A stretch of 63,504 nt of DNA, the filler included, from Octopus bimaculoides (lineage: Eukaryota), in assembly GCF_001194135.2 (NCBI RefSeq). It is 7 parts of 7 records of this genome, joined end to end, with 100 filler letters (N's around TTAATTAATTAA, not from the genome) between each part and the next. Parts side by side here need not be neighbours in the genome. Positions count along the whole stretch, not along the records: positions 43,742 to 54,903 come from NC_068991.1; positions 55,004 to 61,199 come from NC_068985.1; positions 61,300 to 63,504 come from NW_026302572.1; 4 more parts are not named here. One strand, given 5' to 3'. Below are positions 50,833 through 63,504 of this stretch, one piece after another. Below the pieces are notes generated by a model, which was not told where the DNA came from, ran no database searches, and was given only the letters and a program-made list of their open reading frames with translations. The position numbers were made by a program, and so were the translations under genes. How positions within the stretch are numbered: position 1 is the stretch's first letter; each line of letters begins with the position of its first letter.

Positions 50833-52126
50833 ACTGTCATAATGCATAAAGTCTGAGTCAATGACATTTCCACATTATTACCTGATAAGCATTTCTTGTT
50901 ATGCATTGTAAGATAAATAAGATTCTTTATTTTTATTATGAAGAGTATAACGTGATTTAGATATCATTAACGCTCTCAGCATACCGTTAATACTCATTGT
51001 CTTACGCTCGCTCTCAACTTCTTATACACTATCTAAACCATCTCACTACATAAGTGTAGTAATGTGTTGTAATCCATTGGGCTGTTGAAGATAACACTAA
51101 GGAATTTGTCTTCAGACAGTGATTTCAATGGAGGATTAAAAGACTTGCTTTTTCTATTACCTTTTTAAATTTGTAAGAGAAAATATACCCAGCACTATAA
51201 ACCGACGCAGAATTTACTAATTACTTACTTACAGCCGTGAACGCTACTTCTTGTTTATAGCTAAGACTGAAGCATTAAAAGTGAAGACATTTGCGCATAA
51301 GCATGACATACCTACCAACTCGACCAGCTGCAGTTCTGGAGTCCACTGCATGCTATTTCAAACCTCTCTATATTAAATTGTTGTTGTTACTGTTGTTGTT
51401 ATTGCTCTTCTTCTTCTTCTTCTTGATATCATCATTGTCGTCGTTGTTGTCGATTTTTATTTTCTTGGCTTATGATTTCCAATCTATACACTCCAGATAC
51501 ACATAGATCTATACGCATAGATCCTCAGATCTATGATTACCAGACTTATTGATCGTTAGATTTTTTATCTCCGGCTGAGACCATCCCGTATTTTATTCAT
51601 ATAAAATGCCTCCGGGATTACACCATATAACACGTCCCAATTCATTCCTATGATGGTAAGGTGTAAGATTTGAATGCGATTTGGCTGCTATGTCAAGTAG
51701 GTCTATCGGTTACGTCGAGGGATTACCGCATTGGCTCGATCTATATAATATGCTCTCTGTGATTCTCTAGTGCGCGCGTGCGTGTGTCTGAATGTGTGTA
51801 CGCAATATAATGATTCACATAATACAAACTTTTATATCCAGAAATAAATAACAACAGAATAAAACAGATCATAGGTTTTCTGTTATTGTTATATAATGTT
51901 ATAAATAAACGTGATTTCTTCTATATATCTGTCTGCTTTATTTATTCTGTCTCTATGTTTCTCGTTTCTCTTCCAGTCTTTGATCTTTTTGTTAACGTTC
52001 CCCCCTCTCTGCACTTTCTTTTGTCAGTCTATTTTTTCCTCTACTTCCTCCTTCTTGCATCTCTCCATCTTTCTTTTTCTCTCATTTTCTTTCTTTTTCT
52101 CACACTTTCGTTTTCTTTCACTCGTC

Positions 52127-52159
<33 letters not shown>

Positions 52160-52476
52160 CAGTTGTAAAAGTGATTAAACTCATTGATCACTTGACCATT
52201 CAGAGATTTATCCTATCCTCCAGCAAATCCAACTCCGCAACACTAGACGAACAATTTCCTAAATTGAGTATAGATTTTACTCTAGTGTTTCATTGGAATT
52301 AAAATTAGACGGAACAACAAAAAGGGTTAAATTCCTAGTTTAAGGATTTGCAGATTAGCTTAGTTTTAAATCTATTTTAAAAACAGAAATGGAAATATGG
52401 TGTAAGCTATTATTTTTACTCACCAAAGAATGTTACCAGATGCAGAGCGTTAATTTAGTGAGAGAGATATATATAG

Positions 52477-52544
<68 letters not shown>

Positions 52545-53523
52545 NNNNNNNNNNNNNNNNNNNNNNNNNNNNNNNNNNNNNNNNNNNNNNNNNNNNNNNN
52601 NNNNNNNNNNNNNNNNNNNNNNNNNNNNNNNNNNNNNNNNNNNNNNNNNNNNNNNNNNNNNNNNNNNNNNNNNNNNNNNNNNNNNNNNNNNNNNNNNNNN
52701 NNNNNNNNNNNNNNNNNNNNNNNNNNNNNNNNNNNNNNNNNNNNNNNNNNNNNNNNNNNNNNNNNNNNNNNNNNNNNNNNNNNNNNNNNNNNNNNNNNNN
52801 NNNNNNNNNNNNNNNNNNNNNNNNNNNNNNNNNNNNNNNNNNNNNNNNNNNNNNNNNNNNNNNNNNNNNNNNNNNNNNNNNNNNNNNNNNNNNNNNNNNN
52901 NNNNNNNNNNNNNNNNNNNNNNNNNNNNNNNNNNNNNNNNNNNNNNNNNNNNNNNNNNNNNNNNNNNNNNNNNNNNNNNNNNNNNNNNNNNNNNNNNNNN
53001 NNNNNNNNNNNNNNNNNNNNNNNNNNNNNNNNNNNNNNNNNNNNNNNNNNNNNNNNNNNNNNNNNNNNNNNNNNNNNNNNNNNNNNNNNNNNNNNNNNNN
53101 GGGGGGGGGGGGGTTACCTCATCTTGTCAGACGGTAGCCGTTCAGAAAAATCTCTACGTCATTGGATTTAAGTGACCAGGCGTGTACAACACTTTTGCCG
53201 CTCTCTCAGTCGCCATAGTAGGTTCCAGTGACAAGCATTGCAAGATGACAGGTACTATTTTGACCGCAAGCTATGTGTCAGAGTATCTTTAACTTAGAAG
53301 AGCTGCCTTCCTCAAAAAATTATGGGAGCCTCCTTTACCCCTGGGAAATCTATTCAACCCATGGATGGAAACTTGATAGATACCACCATTCTGAGTCAGA
53401 ACGACCCTTGGAGTAATGGTAATTAAAGAATGACTCCACACTCCTCACAACTCCATAACTACCCAACTAGTGCCTCACGACCGGATATAGTTTAATGTCA
53501 TAGCCAGGACACGGACACACACG

Positions 53524-53593
<70 letters not shown>

Positions 53594-54244
53594 AACGAAT
53601 ATATGTCTGGTATACACCAGGAACTTAACTGATTAATGTTTATAAACTTCCTTGTCAGCTTTTCTTGAGTAAATTAACTTATTGGTATCGATTTCCTGAA
53701 ATAAGATCAACGTCTGTAATTTGAACATTTTGTTGATGGCATATGAATGGAAAAGAAATGAAAACTTCTCCTCAATTAATTAATTAATCAATTAATTAAT
53801 TAATGGCAATATTTTATGAACATCCGATATCTATAAGTATGGAAATAGATTTATGGCAATTTTATTAACTTTCAGGTAATGATTCTCTTCTTCAAACAAA
53901 ACGTTTCCTGTTGATCCACGATGATTGTCGTGGAAAAAAATCTGCACTGTTTCAGGTTTTCTTCCGTACAGATAAGAGTAATTCTTGTTGTCTTTAATTC
54001 TTTATGAAGTCTTTATTTTGCTTGATGAAGTAAGCGGTGGATTTGAGTTTAAAAGTACTCGGCAACTGTACATTGCTGTTGTTTTGTGACAAATGTCTGC
54101 TATAGAGAGAACAAAAAAGAATTTAATAGCCGTATTGTGTACATTCATCTTAAACACACAATGTTAGCTAATAAATCTATACATATGCTGTATGGCACGT
54201 TACAGCAATAAAATGAAAGACAATTAATACATAAGTTAACTGTG

Positions 54245-54490
54245 TAAATTCGGCTCAACCATTTTTTACCTGTGGACCCCTTCAATTCCAGTTTTACTCA
54301 AGTGGACCCTCATAGCCATTAGATGTTTAAAAAGTCCTATTATATCTTTTATAATTAGATATTATTGGGAAAGGTATTAACAAAATTGTTAAAATATTTG
54401 TAGAAGTATAACCAATTTATTGCAGATAAATTTTAACAAAATCTTGTAAGGACCCCCAAGGGCCATATGAACCCCGGATGAGAACCACTG
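54245..54490. mobile_element. hAT-type MITE (same family as 1-655)
   Basis: Right TIR GAGAACCACTG; left TIR decayed; internal homology to 1-83 and 470-655. Confidence 0.7.
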
Positions 54491-56797
54491 GTTTAGACAA
54501 TGTACGTAGGTACCTACATTAGTTTGTTTAGAAGCAGTGCATTCGTGGATAGTTAAGAAGGGTGCATGGCTGCTGACGAAGATTGTAAATCAAATCGAAA
54601 TGTGCATGCACAGCTGTTTTCTCTCTTTTTATGTCCACAAATATGCTCTCTCCCCACCTCTCTCTCAGTTACTTACACATACTACTCTTACATTCACTAC
54701 ATCGCCACAGGGATTCGCACTTCTCTGAACAGAACGCCAGATACCAAATAGTGTACAAGAGTACAATGAGCAAGGTCGACGATTGGGGATACGCTAAATT
54801 TGCAGTTCACTTTCTAGTTGATGCTCGAATGTCATGTCTGATGGTACGGATTTACCGCTTGGCCTTAATAACCTTCAACCCGTTGCATTATATATATATA
54901 TATNNNNNNNNNNNNNNNNNNNNNNNNNNNNNNNNNNNNNNNNNNNNTTAATTAATTAANNNNNNNNNNNNNNNNNNNNNNNNNNNNNNNNNNNNNNNNN
55001 NNNGTTTCTGTCTACCAAATCTACTCATAAGGCCAGAGGCTATAGTAGACGACCTAGAGCTAAATCAACGTGAAATGCATTGTTTAGTACCAGGAAATTT
55101 CTGTGTTTAGATATGTATAAATTATATTATATATACATAAGACATATTCAGTTATATAGTATATTCTGGGATTTATATAACATTAAAAACAATCTAGTTT
55201 TTCTAACTCATGATATCAATATCTCGTTTCTCATTCTGCATTTTGTAGCATATAATTATGTGAACAGCGATGGACAAGTACTGTAATCGTGCTGGAGAAC
55301 ATCTGAGTAGTCGCAGACTTGAAGCAATTTGAAACTTTTAAATTTGTTGTACACACACATACGCAAAAATCTACAATTATGCTTACGTATACACACATAT
55401 AAATATGCATGCATGCAAAGACAGGTATTTCTTTATGGATAAATATTTCACATCATTCATATTCAGAGCAACATTTCTTGAACTTGTGATAGTTCCATCA
55501 CGTTGATGTATATGCATGTGCTGTCCATGAACAGCCAAAATAACTAGTTGCTTCATCAATATAATAGATGAAAATGACACTTTGCTTCGAGGTTTTGATT
55601 GATAGTGGTGCGCAATCCAACACATAACAAACACCAGGAGTAGCTATCTACCACGAACGTAACCTTCTATCTTCCCACGCATCATGACATTGCTGTGAAA
55701 AAGCATTTCTAATGAAATCTTCAAGAATATATTGACATGACAACCACACAAAAGCACATAAATATAAATACTAAAATGAGTTCGAACTTTTGTATATAAA
55801 TAATACTGGTAGTGTATTCATCAAAAACAGTAACAGATGCAAGCGATTTGATATTGTTCTATGTGACAGAAAGTAATAGATAATCACTGGTAAAGCGGCC
55901 AGCTGCCGAGCTGACTTGAATATATAATCTAAATTCGGTAAAAGGGGAATAACTCTGGTGAACTTATGATGAATTTCCAGCTCTTGTGTCAGGGTATAGA
56001 ATTTAATTTGATCCTATTATCATAGTTGTAAAAAGAAAAATAACACCAGCTCAGTCAAGACGTTCCACAATAGTAGGATTCCTTATTGTAGAACATTGGA
56101 GATTGATTTGTATTATCCAACTGTACAAAATATTGAAAGAAAGACAAGAAAAGAAAGAGACCTCGATATTATGTAAATAAAGGAATTTATCTGTAAAAAT
56201 ATGTGACAATTATTCGGTAGCAATGATAAACTCCGAGTTTCGGATGCCCGGGCGGAAAGATCATTTTCATAGCAATTTTCAATGGCCATATAATTGAAGA
56301 GATGGTGGCGTGGGTTTCCGCCCCGCTACGCTGATTTCATAAACAGTAAAAGGGACAAATCATAAATAATGCCGGTAGCTTATTCGCAATTTTACAACTC
56401 TGGGTCATATATAATACGGTTAAAGTACACTTTGGCTGCTGCTGCCGAAATCAATTATATATATCTATATATACATACATGTTTGTGGTGTGTATGTATG
56501 TATATGAATATATCTGTGTGAGTGTCTGTGTATAACGGAACATTTTCAACTGCGGCAGTTGTGCGATTTTAGCTATATAATTTTATTAATGAGTAAATTA
56601 TAAATAAGTGTCTTGTTTACATGAGTTTTAAGAGAAAGATTTATTCTAATCCGTTTTAGTTTAAAAAGAACAATATGTTCTGTATAACTGAATTAAGTAT
56701 TTTCCGTAGTACGCATTTCTATAGGGATAACAATAACGTTAATTGTAATAAAAGTAACAACCACATTTATATAACTGATGTACATATTTATACATTA

Positions 56798-56860
<63 letters not shown>

Positions 56861-57317
56861 NNNNNNNNNNNNNNNNNNNNNNNNNNNNNNNNNNNNNNNN
56901 NNNNNNNNNNNNNNNNNNNNNNNNNNNNNNNNNNNNNNNNNNNNNNNNNNNNNNNNNNNNNNNNNNNNNNNNNNNNNNNNNNNNNNNNNNNNNNNNNNNN
57001 NNNNNNNNNNNNNNNNNNNNNNNNNNNNNNNNNNNNNNNNNNNNNNNNNNNNNNNNNNNNNNNNNNNNNNNNNNNNNNNNNNNNNNNNNNNNNNNNNNNN
57101 NNNNNNNNNNNNNNNNNNNNNNNNNNNNNNNNNNNNNNNNNNNNNNNNNNNNNNNNNNNNNNNNNNNNNNNNNNNNNNNNNNNNNNNNNNNNNNNNNNNN
57201 NNNNNNNNNNNNNNNNNNNNNNNNNNNNNNNNNNNNNNNNNNNNNNNNNNNNNNNNNNNNNNNNNNNNNNNNNNNNNNNNNNNNNNNNNNNNNNNNNNNN
57301 NNNNNNNNNNNNNNNNN

Positions 57318-57777
57318 AAAACAAGCAATGTTAATTCTCTAAATGAAGTATTAATAGTAACTGCACGATAAAGTGTAGTATATTGCCACTTAAGTGTGGC
57401 TGACCCCTAGGGGTGGATGTTACTGTTGCTTTTAGCCCCAGGAGGACATCTCCTCCAGCTGGCTTATCGACAAACTACTGTGTCCTGTTTGCCAAGGGAA
57501 GTTACCCCTCCCATCATGATCTGTAGCTTATCGACACACTACTGTGTCCTGTTTGCCAAGGGAAGTCAACCCCTCCCATCATGATCTGTAGCACTTCCCT
57601 TGGCAAACAGGACACAGTAGTGTGTCGATAAGCCAGCTGGAGGAGATGTCCTCCTGGGGCTAAAAGCAAAAGTAACATCCAACCCTAGGGGTCAGCCACA
57701 CTTAAGTTGCAATATACTACACTTTATCGTGCAGTTACTCTTAATACTTCATTTAGAGAATTAACATTGCTTGTTTT
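57318..57777. repeat. Near-perfect palindrome: 185-bp arms, spacer containing a 64-65 bp tandem duplication
   Basis: 57318-57502 vs reverse complement of 57593-57777: 5 mismatches; 57462-57525 repeats at 57526-57590. Confidence 0.9.
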
Positions 57778-58517
57778 CACCTTTTCGATATCAGTGAAGA
57801 ATTTCACTGGAAAAGTAGATATAAGATTGCCAGGATTTGATCTCTCTCATCAAAGATCAGTGGCTATCGAACGTCGACGAAGGGAAATAACCCTGNNNNN
57901 NNNNNNNNNNNNNNNNNNNNNNNNNNNNNNNNNNNNNNNNNNNNNNNNNNNNNNNNNNNNNNNNNNNNNNNNNNNNNNNNNNNNNNNNNNNNNNNNNNNN
58001 NNNNNNNNNNNNNNNNNNNNNNNNNNNNNNNNNNNNNNNNNNNNNNNNNTATTATTATTGTTGTTGTTGTTGTTCTTCTTCTTCTTCCTCTTCTTCTTCT
58101 TTTTCTTCTTCTTATTATTATTATTATTTGGCAGAAGTAACAGCGTGTCTGAAGACCACACCCCAGCACACACGCAAATACACACACATACCTATGCTTT
58201 TGGAGCGTGAGATATATAAAATCAAAGATGAGAAAGGAAATAGATAGATAGATAAATCGACATAGGGGAAAACATAGAAAGAGAAGGGTTGTTATAAGCA
58301 TCCTCTGTGTTATCCAATGCTCTTCTGAATTTCGATGGGAACAATTTATTAAACCTATGAATTTTCTTTTCCTTTTTTTTTTTTTTTTTGGTTTCCGCCA
58401 GCCACATTATCCTGCTTGTAATTCTCAAACATTAAAATACTATCATATTCTGGATACCTTCGGCGAGCAGCATCATGTGTATATATTTGCTCACTAATAT
58501 ATGCGATTCAGGCAAGT

Positions 58518-58715
58518 CGGCCATCTGGCAGAAACGTTAGCATGCCGGGTGAAATGCTGAGTGGTATTTCTTCTGCGTTTACGTTCTGAGTTCAAATTCC
58601 ACCGATGTCGACTTTACCTGTCATTCTTTCAGGGTTGATAAGTTGCGTACCTGGGTCGATCTGATCGACAAGCCCCCTCCCCAACATCTCGGGCCTTTTG
58701 CCTAGAGAAGCAAAT
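58518..58715 (+). mobile_element. SINE family B
   Basis: CTGGCAGAAACGTTAGCATGCCGGG head, family body. Confidence 0.8.
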
Positions 58716-58759
58716 AATATATGCGATTTAAACACAGTGTCAGCACTGGAAGAAAAACG

Positions 58760-59174
58760 ACCATATTTGGTATGAAGACAAAAGGTGTTCTGTCATCAGG
58801 ATAATGTTCAGCCACATAATACGGGTATGACATTCCAAAAGCTGAAGCCGTTTGAATGGGAAATGATGCCTCACCCACCATATTCGCGGGACACCAGCCC
58901 GTTTGATTATCATTTATTCCGAAGTCTTCAAAGTCATTTGGACGGAAAAGATATGAATAGTGTAGATGACGTCAGAATAATACTGGAGGAGTATTTTTCG
59001 TCACGGACAAGTGACTTTTGGACGAGGAGCGTTCTAAGTCTACGAGATAGCTGGAAGAGTATTGTAGAAAATGACGGAGAGTATATTTTAGATTCAAAAA
59101 GAAATTTAAATAATCTTAATTTTGAAAAATATAAGAAGTTTAAAAAACCACATCATAACTGGGACGACCCAATT
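58760..59174 (+). mobile_element. mariner transposase 3' fragment with right TIR
   Basis: HQDNVQPH, MMPHPPYSRDTSPFDYHLF, WKSIVENDGEYILD*; TIR-like CTGGGACGACCCAAT. Confidence 0.9.
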
Positions 59175-60809
59175 TATTGCTATAGTTATTTTTCTTCAAA
59201 AGTGATGTATTGTAAGTCAACAAACATCGGTTTCAAATTTTGGCACAAGGCAGGCAGAGTCTAAGTAAATTACAGTAAAACTAGGACACAGTTGGTCGAA
59301 ACGATGAAAATCAACGCCGACCTTGGCGGAATTTGAACTCATGATAACGAACGAATGCCGTTAATTATTTTGCCTGGCGTCCTAACACTTCTGCCAGCAC
59401 GCCACCTTAAGTCATATACATATAAAATGACTTTTAAAAGCTTAATATTCATTACAAAAATTCTATCCGATATTTTTGCGCATGAAACATTCAATTTTAA
59501 TTATTATTTTCCATGTAAATTTTCCATTTAACACGCAAATAATCATTTAAATTAAATGACAATGGTGGATATGATCTTAAGTGGAAACGCTTACACAAAT
59601 AATTGAATTCAATTACGATGTTTTAAATTAAATATTATAAAAGTGAGGACAACTACTTAAATGAATCCTTGATTATAAACGGGAAAAGTTCACAAACCAT
59701 TTAGCATAATTCCAAGGTATTACTTGAAATTCTTTAGAGTTCCAGAAATCGTATTTATAAAATTTTCTGAGCGTCACAATAAACAATATACAATAATCAC
59801 AATAATTATATACTCACACATTTAAAATATCTTTTAAAACTTGATAGTTTCGAATAGAAATATCGACATCTTAGAACCTTCGAGTCCTACTATTTAAATC
59901 AAATTTGTACGCATGTTCTGCATTGAATATTATTAAATAATTCTAAATAACTTAAAGTTCTTATCTTGCAGTCATTATGTTCAGACTCTATATTCTAAAG
60001 CAAGCAAACATATATAACCATGGCCACAAGGCATTTTCATAAAGACAAGAACATATGACGTTTTACAGTGATATTAGAGGACGATAATTACACCGAGGAA
60101 GAGGGACTTGCTCTATAAATGACAAAAGCTTGGTTGGCTTCGTTGTTCATTCACAACAAAAGATCGTTTCTGAATGTTCACTCTACTTAGCTGTCTATCG
60201 TCTCGTTTGCAAAGGAGGGAATATAGAAAGATGTGGTTGTGTTGTTAAGAAACTCGCTTCCCTCGGGGAAGTGTTTTCCACTATTATGACGGGTTGACCG
60301 AAGCCTCGTCAATGCATATTGGAGATGAAACTGAAATAAGACCTGTATCTATCTTTAATTCGAAATCGCCATACAGATCTAAAATACAGATTAATGCGTT
60401 CGCAATTTGCTATTACATTAATAAGGGATTGTCATGACATTTAAAAAAAATACATCTATTGCACTGTGAATGAAAGCTATATTTAATAATTTCATTATTA
60501 TAACAGAATGTATCCCATTTCATATTTTTATACTGTTTTTAATAAGTACTGGAGGTCGGCAAATAGCAGAGCTTATACATATCTGTGGTGATATAAATTT
60601 ACTAATCCAAACAACATGCTGCATATATATAAGTTTTATTAATTTGCTAATACAAATATAATTTGTATCAGTTTGGTAACGCAAGTTATATATAAGAAAA
60701 TGTAAGTTGTCAAGAACAAATACTATAGATTATTTCTGAGAGAGTCTTAGTTTGGAAACATTTAAACACTTGTTATATTATGTTATACTCTAGAATGTTA
60801 TACTCTAGA

Positions 60810-61199
60810 GGCATAGTAGATTATACTTTTGCAAATTTTATCTGTACCCAGTAGTGCAATTTTCTGTATATTATATATATTTGTAAGTTCTGGTGTTTTT
60901 GTTATGTATTTGTCTGAATATTTTTTTATTATACCTAAGGCAACTACTATGATAGGAATTGTTTCTGTTTTTAGATTTCACATTCGAGTTATCTCAATTT
61001 CCAGGTCTTTGTATTTTGAAAGTTTTTCCATTTCTTTTAGAGAAACGTTGTCATCTGCTGGTATTGATACATCAATTAGAAAGCATTTTTTTTCTTCATG
61101 ATCTTTGACAACTACATCTGGTCTATTTGCCTTAATTTCTCTATCTGTGTGTATTGGCATATCCCAAAGTATGGTTGCTTTCTCATTTTCAGTGACCTT
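60810..61199 (-). mobile_element. R4/Dong-like RLE endonuclease fragment
   Basis: HTDREIKANRPDVVVKD..CFLIDVSIP..KEMEKLSKYKDL..PIIVVALG..QKIALLGT (PD-(D/E)xK RLE). Confidence 0.9.
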
Positions 61200-61300
61200 N
61201 NNNNNNNNNNNNNNNNNNNNNNNNNNNNNNNNNNNNNNNNNNNTTAATTAATTAANNNNNNNNNNNNNNNNNNNNNNNNNNNNNNNNNNNNNNNNNNNNT

Positions 61301-61507
61301 CTGAGTAAAAGGAATTCCTTCTACTTTTATTAGCCATACTAACTCTCAAGAAGAGAAAGCACGACTACACCGCTGCAAAGCAGCAGACAACAAACAAAAC
61401 AATCCTTCACCAATGCAAACCAACAGACAAAATAAACTTACACCCTCTTCGTTCAAAAACGGAAGCCGACATTTTGAATGATTTCCGTGAACTTTGCACG
61501 GGTCCAG
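61301..61507 (-). other. Candidate two-exon transcript segment with a 69-nt GT-AG intron
   Basis: Exon 61507-61442, donor GTAAGT, intron 61441-61373 with long pyrimidine tract ending TTTGCAG; next exon has AGTATGG start giving MANKSRRNSFYS into the gap. Confidence 0.4.
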
Positions 61508-63504
61508 CTAATCTAAATTATTGCGTTTAGCAATAATATACAAACAAGAATGTGGATGACATTATTATCTTCGGTAAACCAAATCTTGTTTACTAATTAT
61601 ATTGCTTACTTTAAATATGGTATATTATTATAAGCTAACATGATAAGTTAACATTTCTAAATTCCATTATTTAAAAAAATAATTAGAAATGTAAAATTAC
61701 TACCATAGTTAAAGTAAGGGGTATAATTAGTAAAGAANNNNNNNNNNATGTAAAATTACTACCATAGTTAAAGTAAGGGGTATAATTAGTAAAGAAGATT
61801 TCGTTTACTGAACATAAAAACGTCATACATATTTTTGTTTGTATATTTATTGCGGTTTACTGGTATGCCNNNNNNNNNNNNNNNNNNNNNNNNNNNNNNN
61901 NNNNNNNNNNNNNNNNNNNNNNNNNNNNNNNNNNNNNNNNNNNNNNNNNNNNNNNNNNNNNNNNNNNNNNNNNNNNNNNNNNNNNNNNNNNNNNNNNNNN
62001 NNNNNNNNNNNNNNNNNNNNNNNNNNNNNNNNNNNNNNNNNNNNNNNNNNNNNNNNNNNNNNNNNNNNNNNNNNNNNNNNNNNNNNNNNNNNNNNNNNNN
62101 NNNNNNNNNNNNNNNNNNNNNNNNNNNNNNNNNNNNNNNNNNNNNNNNNNNNNNNNNNNNNNNNNNNNNNNNNNNNNNNNNNNNNNNNNNNNNNNNNNNN
62201 NNNNNNNNNNNNNNNNNNNNNNNNNNNNNNNNNNNNNNNNNNNNNNNNNNNNNNNNNNNNNNNNNNNNNNNNNNNNNNNNNNNNNNNNNNNNNNNNNNNN
62301 NNNNNNNNNNNNNNNNNNNNNNNNNNNNNNNNNNNNNNNNNNNNNNNNNNNNNNNNNNNNNNNNNNNNNNNNNNNNNNNNNNNNNNNNNNNNNNNNNNNN
62401 NNNNNNNNNNNNNNNNNNNNNNNNNNNNNNNNNNNNNNNNNNNNNNNNNNNNACATACACAAACACATACCTAGAGAGAGAGGCAGACAGACAGACAGAC
62501 AGTGTCAGATAGTCCACAATGAAGTTTTCACCTCTCTCTCTCTCTTCCTACCTGTTGCTTTGTCACTGACNNNNNNNNNNNNNNNNNNNNNNNNNNNNNN
62601 NNNNNNNNNNNNNNNNNNNNNNNNNNNNNNNNNNNNNNNNNNNNNNNNNNNNNNNNNNNNNNNNNNNNNNNNNNNNNNNNNNNNNNNNNNNNNNNNNNNN
62701 NNNNNNNNNNNNNNNNNNNNNNNNNNNNNNNNNNNNNNNNNNNNNNNNNNNNNNNNNNNNNNNNNNNNNNNNNNNNNNNNNNNNNNNNNNNNNNNNNNNN
62801 NNNNNNNNNNNNNNNCACTCTCTCTTTCTCACTTTCTCTTAATTCCTCTGAAACATTTAAAAACAGGAAATGAACGCCGTCACATCTCGCTGTCTCTTTC
62901 ACACTCTCTCTTTCTCTCTCACTCTCTTTCTCNNNNNNNNNNATCTCGCTGTCTCTTTCACACTCTCTCTTTCTCTCTCACTCTCTTTCTCTCTCGCTTT
63001 CTCTCTTTCTCTCTTACTCTCTCTGTCCTCTACTCTCTCGCTTTGCCACTTCTTTGAAGGGTGACACACACCGCAGGTACGTACAAAAACAAAAAAATTA
63101 CCGTATTAATATTATTGATTAGTCCTTTATTCTATCTATCACACGCAAATTTTATTTAGCGTTCCTAAAAGTGGAAATGCTGTTAACGGTTAATAGATAT
63201 TTGTGTTATGAATATTTATCTATATGACAATTTCAAACGGTTTAACTAAGAACTTTCTGTTAAATTCCCCGATAAAGCGATTTTACTAAATAGATTGTAT
63301 TGATTAATTATTAAATTATTTAATCATACAATTATAAATGGATATGCTCTGGGTAAATAAGCTGAAACACATGTCAGATATTCTATTTATGTATTAATGT
63401 CTATATTTTATGGATTTTATAGATATAAAAATGAATAATTAATATATCATTTTTTCCATTGCCAGCATTGTTTTATATGTATGTATGTATATATATATAT
63501 ATAT

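Noticed and set aside
56215-56335. Possible third Penelope-like terminus with GAAACTCGGAGTTT and short inverted repeats
   Set aside because: No CUGANGA core or stem II could be assembled; too decayed to call.
61688-61797. Exact ~50-bp direct repeats around 10-N gaps (also 62882-62993; 23 bp at 26272/26388)
   Set aside because: Unmerged contig overlaps; not real tandem repeats or CRISPR.
20906-62902. Long ORFs full of X, or YI/VC/HT/poly-L/N/T runs
   Set aside because: Translations of N gaps and microsatellites.

Overview
Eukaryotic, AT-rich, repeat-saturated draft-assembly DNA. About 9% is N by hand count, and six gaps carry an artificial TTAATTAATTAA spacer. The SINE/LINE/microsatellite make-up resembles a coleoid cephalopod (octopus-like) genome; this is inferred from recalled repeat families, not searched. 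No intact protein-coding gene, rRNA, bona fide tRNA or CRISPR array is supportable, and most listed ORFs are microsatellite or N translations. Recognisable content: several tRNA-derived SINE families, RTE-like LINE relics, RLE-clade relics (HERO-like, R4/Dong-like), Tc1, mariner and rosa(DD41D)-like transposon relics, a Merlin fragment, hAT and TTAA MITEs (several with exact TSDs), Helentron-type HINEs, a probable solo LTR, and a few low-confidence host exons. The most interesting object is a short element joining a tRNA-like Pol III head, a (TAA)n linker and a Penelope-type tail carrying a minimal hammerhead ribozyme. It occurs at 5.3 kb and 30.7-31.1 kb; the second copy includes an inverted duplicate of its own tail within one 13-bp TSD. 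Coordinates were counted by hand; ends without a TSD or TIR are approximate.
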